This document shows, in pieces, positions 18,626 through 28,246 of a stretch of DNA of 37,208 bases; position 1 is the stretch's first letter; each line of letters starts with the position of its first letter. The notes beneath the pieces were generated by a model. The model searched no databases, was not told the origin of the DNA, and saw only the letters and a program-made list of their open reading frames with translations. This stretch comes from Oligoflexales bacterium (GTDB lineage Bacteria > Bdellovibrionota_B > Oligoflexia > Oligoflexales > Bog-1112): the NCBI GenBank assembly GCA_045105515.1, contig JBGCDR010000414.1, forward strand, positions 1 to 37,208, written 5' to 3'. The position numbers and the translations under genes were made by a program.

Positions 18626-19857
18626 TACCTGCCCCCCCTTTGCATTACTTTAAGGCGTGTTAGCTCTTCTGGAGATCGGGTAATTTGAAGGGCTAATTCT
18701 GAAATGAAGCCCGAACTGTGATAGCGAAGGCCTACGATTGCAGTAGAGCCTATTAGCTTGGTTTCCTCATACTGGTCTGTCCCCCCCCTCAGCCTTAAAA
18801 AAAGTTCACCGTTGTTTGGTGCATCCAAGTGAGAAACGAAGGGCACATCGAAACGCACTTGTGACCTTAACGAATAGCCTTTGATCCCTATACCCATAAG
18901 GTCCGCCGATAAAGTGAGTTGGCATATAGAAAAGAATGAAATAGTTTTGGCAAGGTTAATTTCCACAATGGAAGCTTCCATGTTCTGCGGGGAGAGAACA
19001 AATCCCGTGCTTGCATGATATCCTGCACGGGGGATAAAGCTGAGTAAGCGTGTTTCTCTTGCGAGCATTAACTTTGGACCTGCGACTGATCTAGGGAAAC
19101 CTGGGATCCGAAAATTTTTCTTTTCGTTCACGTACATAGCTGCACCGTATCTAAGCTCTGTCCATTCGGAAAAAGTTTGTGACCACAGACCTTGCCCTTT
19201 TAAACCAAATCCAAGAGCGTCTAAATAGTGATACCCGGTGTTGGTTGCGTCAATTTTTGCGTCAAACTGAGTTCCCTCATGGGTAAAGCGAGGAAATCCG
19301 TATGCAACTTCTGCTTTGCGTAAAGTCCCAGAGCTATCTACATCTAAAAGTATGGCCCCCCTGTGCAAAGATTTGAAAAAGTTTCTACCAATTAGTTCAA
19401 ATCGGTACCCCAGTGGGGGAGACTCCGGGGATGAAGATCCAAACTGCCTTTCTGATTGAATAACCCCAAGAGTTCCTCCCAGAGCCCAATCAGTGAGGAC
19501 AGAGTGGTCATCTTCAACTTCGATAATAAGCTTAGCTAGGCCACGTTCACTTCCTCTGCGCATAAACAGGAGAGCTGATTTGAATAGCCCAAGACTTAAC
19601 AGCTTTGCACGTGTGTTCATCACCAAATCATCATCTAAGCCAACCCCTGGGTATAGGCCTAATTCACTCCTGAGTATTTCTATTGGTACTCTAGAAGAGC
19701 CTTTGATAGCGACTGCCTCGAGGCGGTAAGGACTGGTATTGATATCTTGTTTTAGAGAATATCCAGATTGGGAGATGCAGAACAACAAAAGAAAGGGCAA
19801 AATACCGTACAAGTAGTAAGCAATGCTGTGCTTTAACTTAGAAAAGGTGGGCACCAA
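18625..19857 (-). CDS. POTRA-domain / Omp85(BamA/TamA)-like outer-membrane protein (single POTRA, short barrel)
   Basis: I.I.G..R....I...L...........L.SLGLF..........L.IEVE POTRA pattern followed by beta-strand-rich region; TAATG overlap with the next gene. Confidence 0.7.
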   Translation of the reverse strand: MVPTFSKLKHSIAYYLYGILPFLLLFCISQSGYSLKQDINTSPYRLEAVAIKGSSRVPIEILRSELGLYPGVGLDDDLVMNTRAKLLSLGLFKSALLFMRRGSERGLAKLIIEVEDDHSVLTDWALGGTLGVIQSERQFGSSSPESPPLGYRFELIGRNFFKSLHRGAILLDVDSSGTLRKAEVAYGFPRFTHEGTQFDAKIDATNTGYHYLDALGFGLKGQGLWSQTFSEWTELRYGAAMYVNEKKNFRIPGFPRSVAGPKLMLARETRLLSFIPRAGYHASTGFVLSPQNMEASIVEINLAKTISFFSICQLTLSADLMGIGIKGYSLRSQVRFDVPFVSHLDAPNNGELFLRLRGGTDQYEETKLIGSTAIVGLRYHSSGFISELALQITRSPEELTRLKVMQRGGR

Positions 19858-19901
19858 GAACCTTTCTCACCCTCCCAAGCTGTGACAAGCAGATTTAGCT
19901 C

Positions 19902-20627
19902 TTAAGGAAGGTCGGCATTATGATAAACATTTTGTACATCATCATTATCCTCAATTGCATTGATCATTTTTTCAAGTGATTCTGATCTATCTGTATCGAT
20001 CGCGGTGACGTTTTCGGGAATTAAGGTCACTTCACAGAATACTGGTTCCGAACAAATTTCATCAAGGGCGGATTTTAGGTTCATGAAGTCTTCGGGTTTG
20101 CAGGAAACTTCATATTGGCCATCATCCTCTTTTACATCTTCAGCACCATTCTCGAGGGCTGTTTCAAAAAGTTTATCAAAGTCTGGGATCTTTTCTTTCT
20201 CATATACCAGCACTCCCTTGCGGTTAAACATCCATCCTACCGAACCATCCGTACCGAGATTGCCGCCATATTTAGAGAACGCAAATCTAACCTCACTTAC
20301 TGTGCGGTTCACATTGTCTGTTAAACACTCTACGAAAACAGCAACTCCACCTGGGCCGTAACCTTCATAAGTTTTTTCAAGATAATTAGCCCCTTCAAGT
20401 TCACCGGTTCCTTTCTTGATCGCGCGGACATAGTTATCTTTTGGCATATTTGCTGCGCGGGCTTTTGCTAATGCGGCCCTTAAGCGTGGGTTATCATCAG
20501 GATTACCCCCACCCATTCGGGCGGCCACGGTGATTTCAATGGCAATTTTTGTAAAAACTTTTCCACGTTTAGCATCTTGAGCACCTTTGCGGTGCTGAAT
20601 GTTTTTCCATTTACTGTGTCCAGCCAT
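19902..20627 (-). CDS. yebC: YebC/PmpR family protein
   Basis: MAGHSKW.NI.HRK..QDAKR, YEGYGPGG, TDN.NRT, DDVQNVYHN. Confidence 0.97.
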   Translation of the reverse strand: MAGHSKWKNIQHRKGAQDAKRGKVFTKIAIEITVAARMGGGNPDDNPRLRAALAKARAANMPKDNYVRAIKKGTGELEGANYLEKTYEGYGPGGVAVFVECLTDNVNRTVSEVRFAFSKYGGNLGTDGSVGWMFNRKGVLVYEKEKIPDFDKLFETALENGAEDVKEDDGQYEVSCKPEDFMNLKSALDEICSEPVFCEVTLIPENVTAIDTDRSESLEKMINAIEDNDDVQNVYHNADLP

Positions 20628-20776
20628 GGATTCTCCAGCGAATTTTTATGGTTAATAAGAATGGGGGACCATTAGGTCAAAACCCGGGTGATACCTATTT
20701 ATGTGCATTTTTGCAATCCTCAAGTTGGGAAAACTTGAACCTTCATTGAATATTCATTTGTCTGAAAGCAGTATTT

Positions 20777-21550
20777 TTAGAAATGGAAATGTTTGATCTT
20801 TTCACCTTTTGATCCAATTTCTGACATCGCCTTTATACCGATGTCGATGTGTGCATCCACATAGTTGTCGGTAACATGGCGGTCGCTAACTTCTGTTTTG
20901 ACTCCTTCAGGGGTCATAGGTTTATCTGACACCAGAAGTAGAGCTCCTCTTGAGATATCATTCATAAATCCTACAGTTAAGACCGTCGCGGTCTCCATAT
21001 CTACACCTAAAACTCGCATTCTTCGAAGCTTTTCCTTGAACTCTTGGTCATGCTCCCATACACGACGATTTGTTGTGTAGATAACTCCGGTTCTGTACTC
21101 CATATTGGCCTCTTGTATTTTCTGTGAGACAAATTTATGGAGTTTAAATGATGGAAGAGCTGGAACCTCTGGGCACACATAATCGTCAGAGGTTCCTTCA
21201 CCTCTTATAGCAGCCATTGGTAAGATAAAATGCCCAATTTCAGTGGATTTTTTGACTCCACCACATTTTCCAAGGAAGAGCACTGCCTCTAAATCCACCG
21301 CCATTAATAGGTCCATGATAGTTGCGGCATTCGCAGAACCTATGCCAAAATTTATAATAGTCAAACCATCAGAGTTAGTGCAGGTTTGCATAGGGCGGTC
21401 AAGGCCTCTGATGGGAGCTTTAAAACGGGCAGCAAAGCGATGTACATAATCATCGAAATTGGTGAGCAGGACGCATTTACCAATCTCTTCAGTAGGAGTT
21501 CCTGTGTATCTAGGTAGCCAGTTGCTTACTATTTCCATTTTGGTTTTCAT
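20777..21550 (-). CDS. amn: AMP nucleosidase (short form)
   Basis: NWLPRYTG, INFGIGSANAATIMDLL, FLGKCGG, AIRGEGTS, YTTNRRVWEHD, DMETAT. Confidence 0.93.
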   Translation of the reverse strand: MKTKMEIVSNWLPRYTGTPTEEIGKCVLLTNFDDYVHRFAARFKAPIRGLDRPMQTCTNSDGLTIINFGIGSANAATIMDLLMAVDLEAVLFLGKCGGVKKSTEIGHFILPMAAIRGEGTSDDYVCPEVPALPSFKLHKFVSQKIQEANMEYRTGVIYTTNRRVWEHDQEFKEKLRRMRVLGVDMETATVLTVGFMNDISRGALLLVSDKPMTPEGVKTEVSDRHVTDNYVDAHIDIGIKAMSEIGSKGEKIKHFHF

Positions 21551-21727
21551 CTTAGCCTCATATCTATGTTATTAAACCAAGCGCGAGATTGGGGGGTGTG
21601 CTTGTCTCGGTTAAGGAACCTAGCAGCTTACTTAGGCTCTAGCCCTTAGCTTCTTTGGTGTAAGTCAGGACTCCTAATTGCATATTGGATTATAATAGTT
21701 TGGCAAGTTATCGTAAAGGCGGTTTGT

Positions 21728-22957
21728 ATGCGATTAAAAAATTTTAGAGGGTTGGCTCTATTCTTGTCTCTCCTACTAGGTTCTCATGTGAGAGGGCAGG
21801 TTGCTTCAGTTGGAATCCTAGGGGATAGCTTATCAACCGGCGCAGGAACACATCCATCACTCGAGTTCAATGGAGATTCTCTTTGGGATGTTTTTAAGGG
21901 TGTCACTGCAATTACTGCTACATCAGAAAATCAAGGTGTGCAAGATTTTATTAAGGCTAAACACTTGGAAAAACCAGTCGTATTAAACCCTGGGGTTAGA
22001 GAGTACCGGAGTGGGTTTGAATGGGTTATGGCAAACTTGCAACGAACCTTTTCCGTGAAGTTTCTTAACACACAAGAGTACAGCTGGGGACATCTATTAG
22101 GCCGTTCTTTGGGGGCAGAAGGAAGTTCGATTTACATTGCAGGTCAAAATGGAGCACGGGTAGCGACCATGAGAAGGCAGGCAGATAGGCTGATAGATCA
22201 CCTGGATGGAAAGCTGCCAGACAAAGTGTTTGCTCTATACTCGGGAAATGATTTGTGTGCAAGTCATCTGAGCTTAATGACTTCTCAAGATGAATTTAAA
22301 GCATCGATTTTGGGAGGGCTAAAATATTTTGGAGTTAATGGCCAGCCTGCAAAATCAGGAACAGAAATATTGGTGGTGGGTTTTCTTGGGGTAACCCAGC
22401 TTATGGCTAGCGACTCAATTTTGGATAAAAAAATTAAAGCTTTTGGTGAATCAATGACATGTAGGCAGCTTAGAAATGATCAGTTTTTGCCAAAAAATCC
22501 TCCAACAACTGCTAAGCATCCTGAGACCTTATTTATGAGTCACATGGTCCCTCCTAATCCGGCCCGATATTGTCCAACTCTGTTTGCCCTACCACTTTTG
22601 GCGCAAAGTGAAACAGGTATTTTTTCTTCAATGTCTGAAGGAGGAACTAGTACTAGCAGTGAAGGTAAGCGTGAAAGTTTAGCTACGAGCCGCACTAATC
22701 AAGTTAATCGCAAGATCGATGAAATGTTGGGGCAAATTTCGAGTCGGGTTCGTCAATACCGTTCAGCATCATCTCAAGCTGTGAGAGAAGCAAATATATG
22801 GATGCAGTCGAAGTATCCACAAAAAAATATAAAGTTTAGGTATATCGCTACATCCGAACATCTAAAATTTGAAGCTGAGGATGTTGCAGAAGATTGTTTT
22901 CACTTGAGCACTAAAGGACATCTTAAGGTAGCTAAAACCATTTCAGAAGCCATTTAA
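21728..22957 (+). CDS. Secreted SGNH/GDSL hydrolase
   Basis: Signal peptide; block I GDSL, block III G.ND, block V DCFH. Confidence 0.88.
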   Translation: MRLKNFRGLALFLSLLLGSHVRGQVASVGILGDSLSTGAGTHPSLEFNGDSLWDVFKGVTAITATSENQGVQDFIKAKHLEKPVVLNPGVREYRSGFEWVMANLQRTFSVKFLNTQEYSWGHLLGRSLGAEGSSIYIAGQNGARVATMRRQADRLIDHLDGKLPDKVFALYSGNDLCASHLSLMTSQDEFKASILGGLKYFGVNGQPAKSGTEILVVGFLGVTQLMASDSILDKKIKAFGESMTCRQLRNDQFLPKNPPTTAKHPETLFMSHMVPPNPARYCPTLFALPLLAQSETGIFSSMSEGGTSTSSEGKRESLATSRTNQVNRKIDEMLGQISSRVRQYRSASSQAVREANIWMQSKYPQKNIKFRYIATSEHLKFEAEDVAEDCFHLSTKGHLKVAKTISEAI

Positions 22958-23012
22958 TAATGAAGTATGTAGGAAAATATTACAAATCTTAAGTTCGCAG
23001 AAAAGGGGTGAA

Positions 23013-23870
23013 ATGGAAGAGTTTCAACTACACTTGCCCAACATGAATCTCACTGTTGCTGGCTTCCGTTGTGGTAAAGTAGATGCTCCTAAGCTCTTGG
23101 CTATGCATGGTTGGCTTGACAATGCTGCTAGCTTTACCAGTTTAGCGCCTTACTTTGAATCTTATGACTTTTATGCCATAGACTTTCCGGGTCATGGTAA
23201 ATCTTCCCATTTTCCAAAGTCACAGGCATATCAAATTTTCGACTATGTTCGTTTTGGAGTTTCCTTTATCAAGGAAATGGGATGGGAATCTGTTTATCTG
23301 TTGGGGCATTCCTTGGGTGCTTCTATTGCGCTTTTAATGTCAGCAGTGCTTCCCAAACATGTCCAAGGACTTTGCTTGGTTGAAAGTTTGGGCCCATTGA
23401 CCGCAGTTGAGCAAGAATGTGCAAGTCAATATATTAAATACATCGAGCAAAGTTTAAAAAAAGAAAAGACGGATTTGAGTATTTATTCGAGTGTGAGTCA
23501 GGCAGCCAAAGCAAGGGCCACCTATTCAAATGTAAACCAAGACAGTGCTGAAATACTTGCTAAGCGAGGAACAAATGAGAAAGATGGCACCTATACATGG
23601 TGTAGTGACCCACGATTAAGGTTAGCATCACCTCAGCCATTGACTGAGGAGCAGTTGGAAAGCTTTCTACAAAGAGTAAAAACCCAGATTCTACTTATAG
23701 TTGCTCACGAGGGATGGGTTTTCGATAAATATCTTGTAGACAAAAGAGCCTCTCAATTGAAGAACATCAGTAGGACCCATTTACCGGGGTCCCATCATCT
23801 TCACATGGAAATTCCAAAAGAAGTGGCTAGTGTTATTCACAAGTCAGGTATTTTTTCTATTCCTGGCTAG
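23013..23870 (+). CDS. Alpha/beta-fold hydrolase
   Basis: HGWLDNAASF, DFPGHG.S, GHSLG nucleophile, G.HH.H catalytic His. Confidence 0.93.
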   Translation: MEEFQLHLPNMNLTVAGFRCGKVDAPKLLAMHGWLDNAASFTSLAPYFESYDFYAIDFPGHGKSSHFPKSQAYQIFDYVRFGVSFIKEMGWESVYLLGHSLGASIALLMSAVLPKHVQGLCLVESLGPLTAVEQECASQYIKYIEQSLKKEKTDLSIYSSVSQAAKARATYSNVNQDSAEILAKRGTNEKDGTYTWCSDPRLRLASPQPLTEEQLESFLQRVKTQILLIVAHEGWVFDKYLVDKRASQLKNISRTHLPGSHHLHMEIPKEVASVIHKSGIFSIPG

Positions 23871-23885
23871 CACAAAAAATTTACG

Positions 23886-23920
23886 AAAAAAAAATACCAA
23901 TGCTCGCCTGCATTGGTATT
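23886..23920 (-). terminator. Rho-independent terminator-like hairpin (U-tract on the minus strand; may be bidirectional)
   Basis: Perfect 11-bp stem AATACCAATGC / GCATTGGTATT with a 6-nt loop; A9 run at 23886-23894. Confidence 0.65.
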
Positions 23921-24273
23921 CAAACGATTGGAAATCCGCGAAGTGCCCAAATGTAATACATTTCCATTGAAGTAGTATGAAAAAATTAAAAACTTCGAGC
24001 TACCTTCATGAAATAAGGAAAAAGAAAGCGCCCCTCCGGGAGCAAGAACTAAGTTATTGTAAATCTTAATAATAAACAACCCGCAGTCACTACGGGGATA
24101 GTATTTTTGTATGGTCTTTATAAATATTCATGATTAATAATAAATTTTGTAATTAACAGATAAAATTTAATATATTTTTAAAATTAGGTCCTGCATACCT
24201 TCCTCTTGAAATTTTTATGTGATGATGGCTTTATAGGGCATGGTTGGTCTTTCTCTAAAAGGTTGGATTAAAG

Positions 24274-25008
24274 ATGAGTATCCAGGGAAACGGTATCGAT
24301 AGCAGTCTGAGAATGCTTTTTGATCAAATGCCAGGCCTATGGGGTTGTAAGGATCTAGAATTAAAATTCATATATGCCAATGCCGAATATGCTAAGGCTA
24401 TAGGACTAAAAGATCACTTAGATATCGTAGGCCGTACTGACTATGATATGCCTAGCAATACTGTGAATTGTGCTGACGCATTTCGAAGCCAAGATCAAAT
24501 GGTCATAGATCAAAAGCAAAAAATGAAAGTTCTCGATATTCATCCATTTGAAGATGGGAGCTGGAAAATCTTTTTATTTTCAAAAACTCCATATCTTGAT
24601 GTTACAAATGAGGTTTCTGGAATCATTTTTCATGGGGAGGAGATCACGAATTCTTCACTACTAGAAATCGGATCGATGCTTTCTAAAATTCCATTTAAGA
24701 AACCTGTTATTAATGGTTTGGGACAAAATAGCTACCAGGTTGACTCAATGTCAAATCCTATAAACCTAAGTCCTAGACAAAGTGAGGTTTTGTTTTTTTT
24801 AATTAGAGGAAAAACAGGGGCCCAAGTCGCCAAAATTCTTGGCATTTCAATTCGAACTTTTCAAGAGCATTTGGATCATATTAAGAATAAATTCAATGCG
24901 CAAAATAAGTATGAGCTCATTGACAAGGCGGTTGAGCTTGGCTACCTAAATATTATTCCAGCTTCACTTTTCACTACTCAGCTTTCAGTCGCTTTGAAAG
25001 ATCAATGA
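24274..25008 (+). CDS. PAS-domain LuxR-family transcriptional regulator
   Basis: PG.WGCKD.....YAN and G.TD.D.P PAS pattern; C-terminal LSPRQ.EVL.....GKT..Q.A..LGIS.RT...H HTH. Confidence 0.9.
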   Translation: MSIQGNGIDSSLRMLFDQMPGLWGCKDLELKFIYANAEYAKAIGLKDHLDIVGRTDYDMPSNTVNCADAFRSQDQMVIDQKQKMKVLDIHPFEDGSWKIFLFSKTPYLDVTNEVSGIIFHGEEITNSSLLEIGSMLSKIPFKKPVINGLGQNSYQVDSMSNPINLSPRQSEVLFFLIRGKTGAQVAKILGISIRTFQEHLDHIKNKFNAQNKYELIDKAVELGYLNIIPASLFTTQLSVALKDQ

Positions 25009-25096
25009 TCGACTCTCAACAAGTTTCGAATCTTCTAAGGGAGAGGGGAAGGCGCCAGTAGGCTCTTTTTGGCCCTAATTTAATAAATAGCTTTGA

Positions 25097-25321
25097 CTAG
25101 ACTATTTCAACGCCAGCCAAAGATGACACAACCCTTGATTTACAGCCGCAGCTGCGTTTGTCGACAGATTCAAAGAGGGTTTTGCAATGGATGCATTTCC
25201 TGACCTTGGCTTTGAGTAGAGGGACTCCTAGCATTTTACGGCTCTGGTTTTGTTGATCCAATAGGGAGAGTTCCTGTTTTGACATCTTTCTCACTTGCAT
25301 CTTGCAGCCTTTCTCCTTCAT
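25097..25321 (-). CDS. Small basic protein with CxxC...CxC (putative Zn ribbon)
   Basis: R.CIHC...FES....SCGC; start uncertain. Confidence 0.65.
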   Translation of the reverse strand: MKEKGCKMQVRKMSKQELSLLDQQNQSRKMLGVPLLKAKVRKCIHCKTLFESVDKRSCGCKSRVVSSLAGVEIV

Positions 25322-25501
25322 GGAACTTGAAGTGCTTAAATATTAAAAAGGTTCACTCGCTAAGGTCCCAAACTGTTTATTGAAACCTTAAGCAAAAAAC
25401 TTTTAAAAAGAACAATAAAGAAGAAGATTGTACCGTGTTTCTGTACCATATTTCAAGTGGAAAGTTGATTGTTACCAAATTAAAGGAGAAAAGCAGGTGG
25501 T

Positions 25502-25909
25502 TTAAGTCTTAACTACTTTCCCTTGGGGGCATAAATAATCGGAATCCTTTAAAACCTCTTTGTCGAAGTATGCAATGATTTCATCTGATTCATAGATCCA
25601 GCTATGGCTTCCATCAGCCTGCTTGATTCGCAAGCATGGTACTTGGATTTTTCCTCCCCCACTCAAGAGCTCTTGCTTACTGGGCTCATGGTTCTTCGCA
25701 TCTTGGTACTTAACTCTTAAACCCCTTTTTTGTAGGGCCCACCTTACCTTCACACAAAAAGGGCATGCTTTAAACTGGTAAATACTCAAGCTTGAGGTTC
25801 TTTGATCCAGTTCTTGCTGCTGAGAATAAGGCCTTTCAAAGAATTTGGGCTGCATGATGTAATCAATTGCAGTGATTAAGATCCTGAGTATCCAGCGAAT
25901 GAATTTCAT
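25502..25909 (-). CDS. Glutaredoxin / GST-N domain protein
   Basis: YQF.ACPFC.KV, GG..QVPCL, W.YES.EI..Y. Confidence 0.92.
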   Translation of the reverse strand: MKFIRWILRILITAIDYIMQPKFFERPYSQQQELDQRTSSLSIYQFKACPFCVKVRWALQKRGLRVKYQDAKNHEPSKQELLSGGGKIQVPCLRIKQADGSHSWIYESDEIIAYFDKEVLKDSDYLCPQGKVVKT

Positions 25910-26277
25910 GATTTTTGCTTACCTTTTCCAAGAGTGATTGGATAACCTATTCCTCAATGACGAGATAACCCTATGATAATAACGACCATGCAATAAAATA
26001 GCTACTATCTTGTAATTCTTATAGAACAACCGGGAAATAAGCTTGATGAATCGCGATAATTTAACCTAGGCTTAAATGTTCAGCAGTTTTTTCAAGAGTT
26101 GAATTGTCTTGTTGGTCGACAACTTGGGAATATTCTGAAGTTTGGTTTATGTTTCGCTGAGGAAGAATTGCTTTACAATACAATAGTAGATATTCAAGGA
26201 TTGGACAGGACCCCCAATATTAAAAAACCTTGGGATAGATAAAGACATTTTCGAGCATTTATAAACAGGATGTCAAA

Positions 26278-27411
26278 ATGGAAATCAGAAAACCAGCTGC
26301 TATAGTTCGTCAAGGTCCATTAATTTTATATGCTACTTCTTTTACAATCCGAGACTTTTTACATGAAGGGTTTTATTCCATTGATCGATTAGACCCGGAT
26401 GAATATCAACCTGGTTATCAGCGAGTTCTTGATAAGCGACGCACCAAAAGAATTTCGGGTTATTTTACTAAAGCTTGGCATGAAGGGGATGCTTTTCTAC
26501 CAACATCGGTTTTACTTGCTACCCAAAAGAATATTGCATTTGATGAGTCAAAAAATGAATTGTTCTTTAACCTGAAAAAAACAGGACCTTTTAATGTGGT
26601 AGATGGTCAGCATCGAATTGAGGGTCTAATTTCAGCTGCAAAACAAACTCCAGCAATGAAGGATTTTCAAATTGCAGTAAATATAGCGACTAATGTTGAT
26701 GAAGTATCTCAGATGTGCCATTTTCTTATAGTTAACACCACTCAAAAATCTGTAGATAAAAGTATTGAGCAAGGTATTTTGTCGCGTCTGACAGGAATGA
26801 TAAATTTCCAAAATATCCCATCGCTTCCAAAATGGATACAAAGACAGGTTGAGCGGGGAGAGGATCAGCAAGCTCTTAATATAATTAAATATTTAAATCA
26901 AAATCCTAATTCACCATGGTATAAAAAAATAGAAATGGCAAACCAAACAGAGGAATTATCAAGAACAACTATTCGCCAAAAAACATTTGCTCATTCTTTG
27001 AAGCGCTTCATTTTAAGCTCAAATAATCCGTTAATGCATTCAGATGATATGGAAACCAGAAATAAGATACTATGCAATTACTGGTCTGCGATAAAATCTT
27101 TGCTAATCTCATCTGGAGATGAAAACTCTGTATTATTTAAGTCATCTGGTGCTAATTTATTTCATATGATTTCTTCAACCATTTTTTCACAATTATTCAA
27201 CCTGAAAGATTTTAGAGAGGAAACTATTCGTGATATGCTCTCCAGAGCATTTGATGCTTTAGATCATGAAACAGGTATGGTAGGAAATCCAGGGTTTTGG
27301 GGAAAAGGTGGTGGAGCTAGCATGCTAAATATGACAACTTTACGCAAATTTTCTTCTTCTCTAAATAGAGCTATAATATCTATCGATAAAGAAAGTAGCT
27401 TTAGGGTATGA
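26278..27411 (+). CDS. DGQHR-domain protein (DndB/ParB-like superfamily)
   Basis: GYQR (Y47-R49), FLPT, VVDGQHR (D109-R113), F..VN..QK. Confidence 0.93.
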   Translation: MEIRKPAAIVRQGPLILYATSFTIRDFLHEGFYSIDRLDPDEYQPGYQRVLDKRRTKRISGYFTKAWHEGDAFLPTSVLLATQKNIAFDESKNELFFNLKKTGPFNVVDGQHRIEGLISAAKQTPAMKDFQIAVNIATNVDEVSQMCHFLIVNTTQKSVDKSIEQGILSRLTGMINFQNIPSLPKWIQRQVERGEDQQALNIIKYLNQNPNSPWYKKIEMANQTEELSRTTIRQKTFAHSLKRFILSSNNPLMHSDDMETRNKILCNYWSAIKSLLISSGDENSVLFKSSGANLFHMISSTIFSQLFNLKDFREETIRDMLSRAFDALDHETGMVGNPGFWGKGGGASMLNMTTLRKFSSSLNRAIISIDKESSFRV

Positions 27412-27743
27412 ACATTGAAGATTTAGATGGTAGTTGGATAAAAGTTAAGTTTTGTCGGTCTAAAAGTGAACTTGTTGAAGAGATAAATGGAGTATACGCT
27501 CTTACAAATTTTACCGGAACAGTTTTGTATATTGGTAAATCGATTAACATTAAGAGAAGATTTTTAGAGCATATTGATACTCCCAGCAAAAATTCTCTGA
27601 CTTATCAAGGTCGCACTTTCTGGTTTTTTTACCAAGAATGTGAAAAAGATTGCGAGACCAAAGTAGAAAGAGGTTTGCTTCTTACATCGATACTGAATTC
27701 AGGCAAGCTACCGCCTTTAAACAAGATCTATGCACCTAGCTGA
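27408..27743 (+). CDS. Stand-alone GIY-YIG nuclease
   Basis: GVY(28-30), YIGKS(41-45), R51, H55, E87, PPLN(N105); ATGA overlap with the DGQHR gene. Confidence 0.88.
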   Translation: MNIEDLDGSWIKVKFCRSKSELVEEINGVYALTNFTGTVLYIGKSINIKRRFLEHIDTPSKNSLTYQGRTFWFFYQECEKDCETKVERGLLLTSILNSGKLPPLNKIYAPS

Positions 27744-27770
27744 TATCTATTAACAATCAAAGGATTTTTT

Positions 27771-28214
27771 ATGAAGTTTATCGCTTCTCACTTGCTAAAC
27801 AATCTTTTTTTTATTGATTTTAAAAAAAAATTAATTACCTGTTCAATTGCATTGGTATTTCTAATATCCCTATTTAATACCCAGACCTTAGCAAGCGAAC
27901 AAGATGTTCAAAAATATCCTTTTAATAAGCTTCAGATAAAAATTCTTCAGGAATCCCTGTTAAAAAGAACGAAGGGAATGATATCTGTTGAAGACATTCT
28001 AGGAAATTGGGAAGAGTTTAAGAACTATGTACTGAGTGATTCTTATCAGCTTGCTTATTATTTAGCTTTAGCAAATCCACCTTTGTATAAATTGTGTAAA
28101 ACTGACGATCTGCTTACTAGAAATGGTGGCAATAGTTGGCGGAAAGGTGGTGCTGTCAAAGTTAGCGAATTTCTAAAATATATTGACTTGGAATTGCAAG
28201 AAAGTAGAGGCTAG
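27771..28214 (+). CDS. Hypothetical protein with signal peptide/TM
   Basis: AAGGA RBS; KKK followed by a hydrophobic stretch and a TLA cleavage-like site. Confidence 0.65.
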   Translation: MKFIASHLLNNLFFIDFKKKLITCSIALVFLISLFNTQTLASEQDVQKYPFNKLQIKILQESLLKRTKGMISVEDILGNWEEFKNYVLSDSYQLAYYLALANPPLYKLCKTDDLLTRNGGNSWRKGGAVKVSEFLKYIDLELQESRG

Positions 28215-28246
28215 ATTAATATTTGTGCAATAAGTAAGGTGTGGGT

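Noticed and set aside
21551..21727. Purine riboswitch upstream of amn
   Set aside because: Only a weak hairpin is present; I could not match the purine aptamer consensus.
23867..24079. 70-aa minus-strand ORF
   Set aside because: It has a TTG start with no clear RBS and runs through the terminator hairpin and poly-T tract.
26060..26242. About 60-codon stop-free frame upstream of the DGQHR gene
   Set aside because: It has no ATG or RBS and no recognisable motif, so it cannot be supported as a gene.
26278..27411. Complete Dnd phosphorothioation or Dpd system, possibly fed by the DsrE-like trio
   Set aside because: No dndACDE or dpdA/C genes are in the window, and the Dsr-like trio is a separate unit 2.2 kb away beyond an opposite-strand gene.
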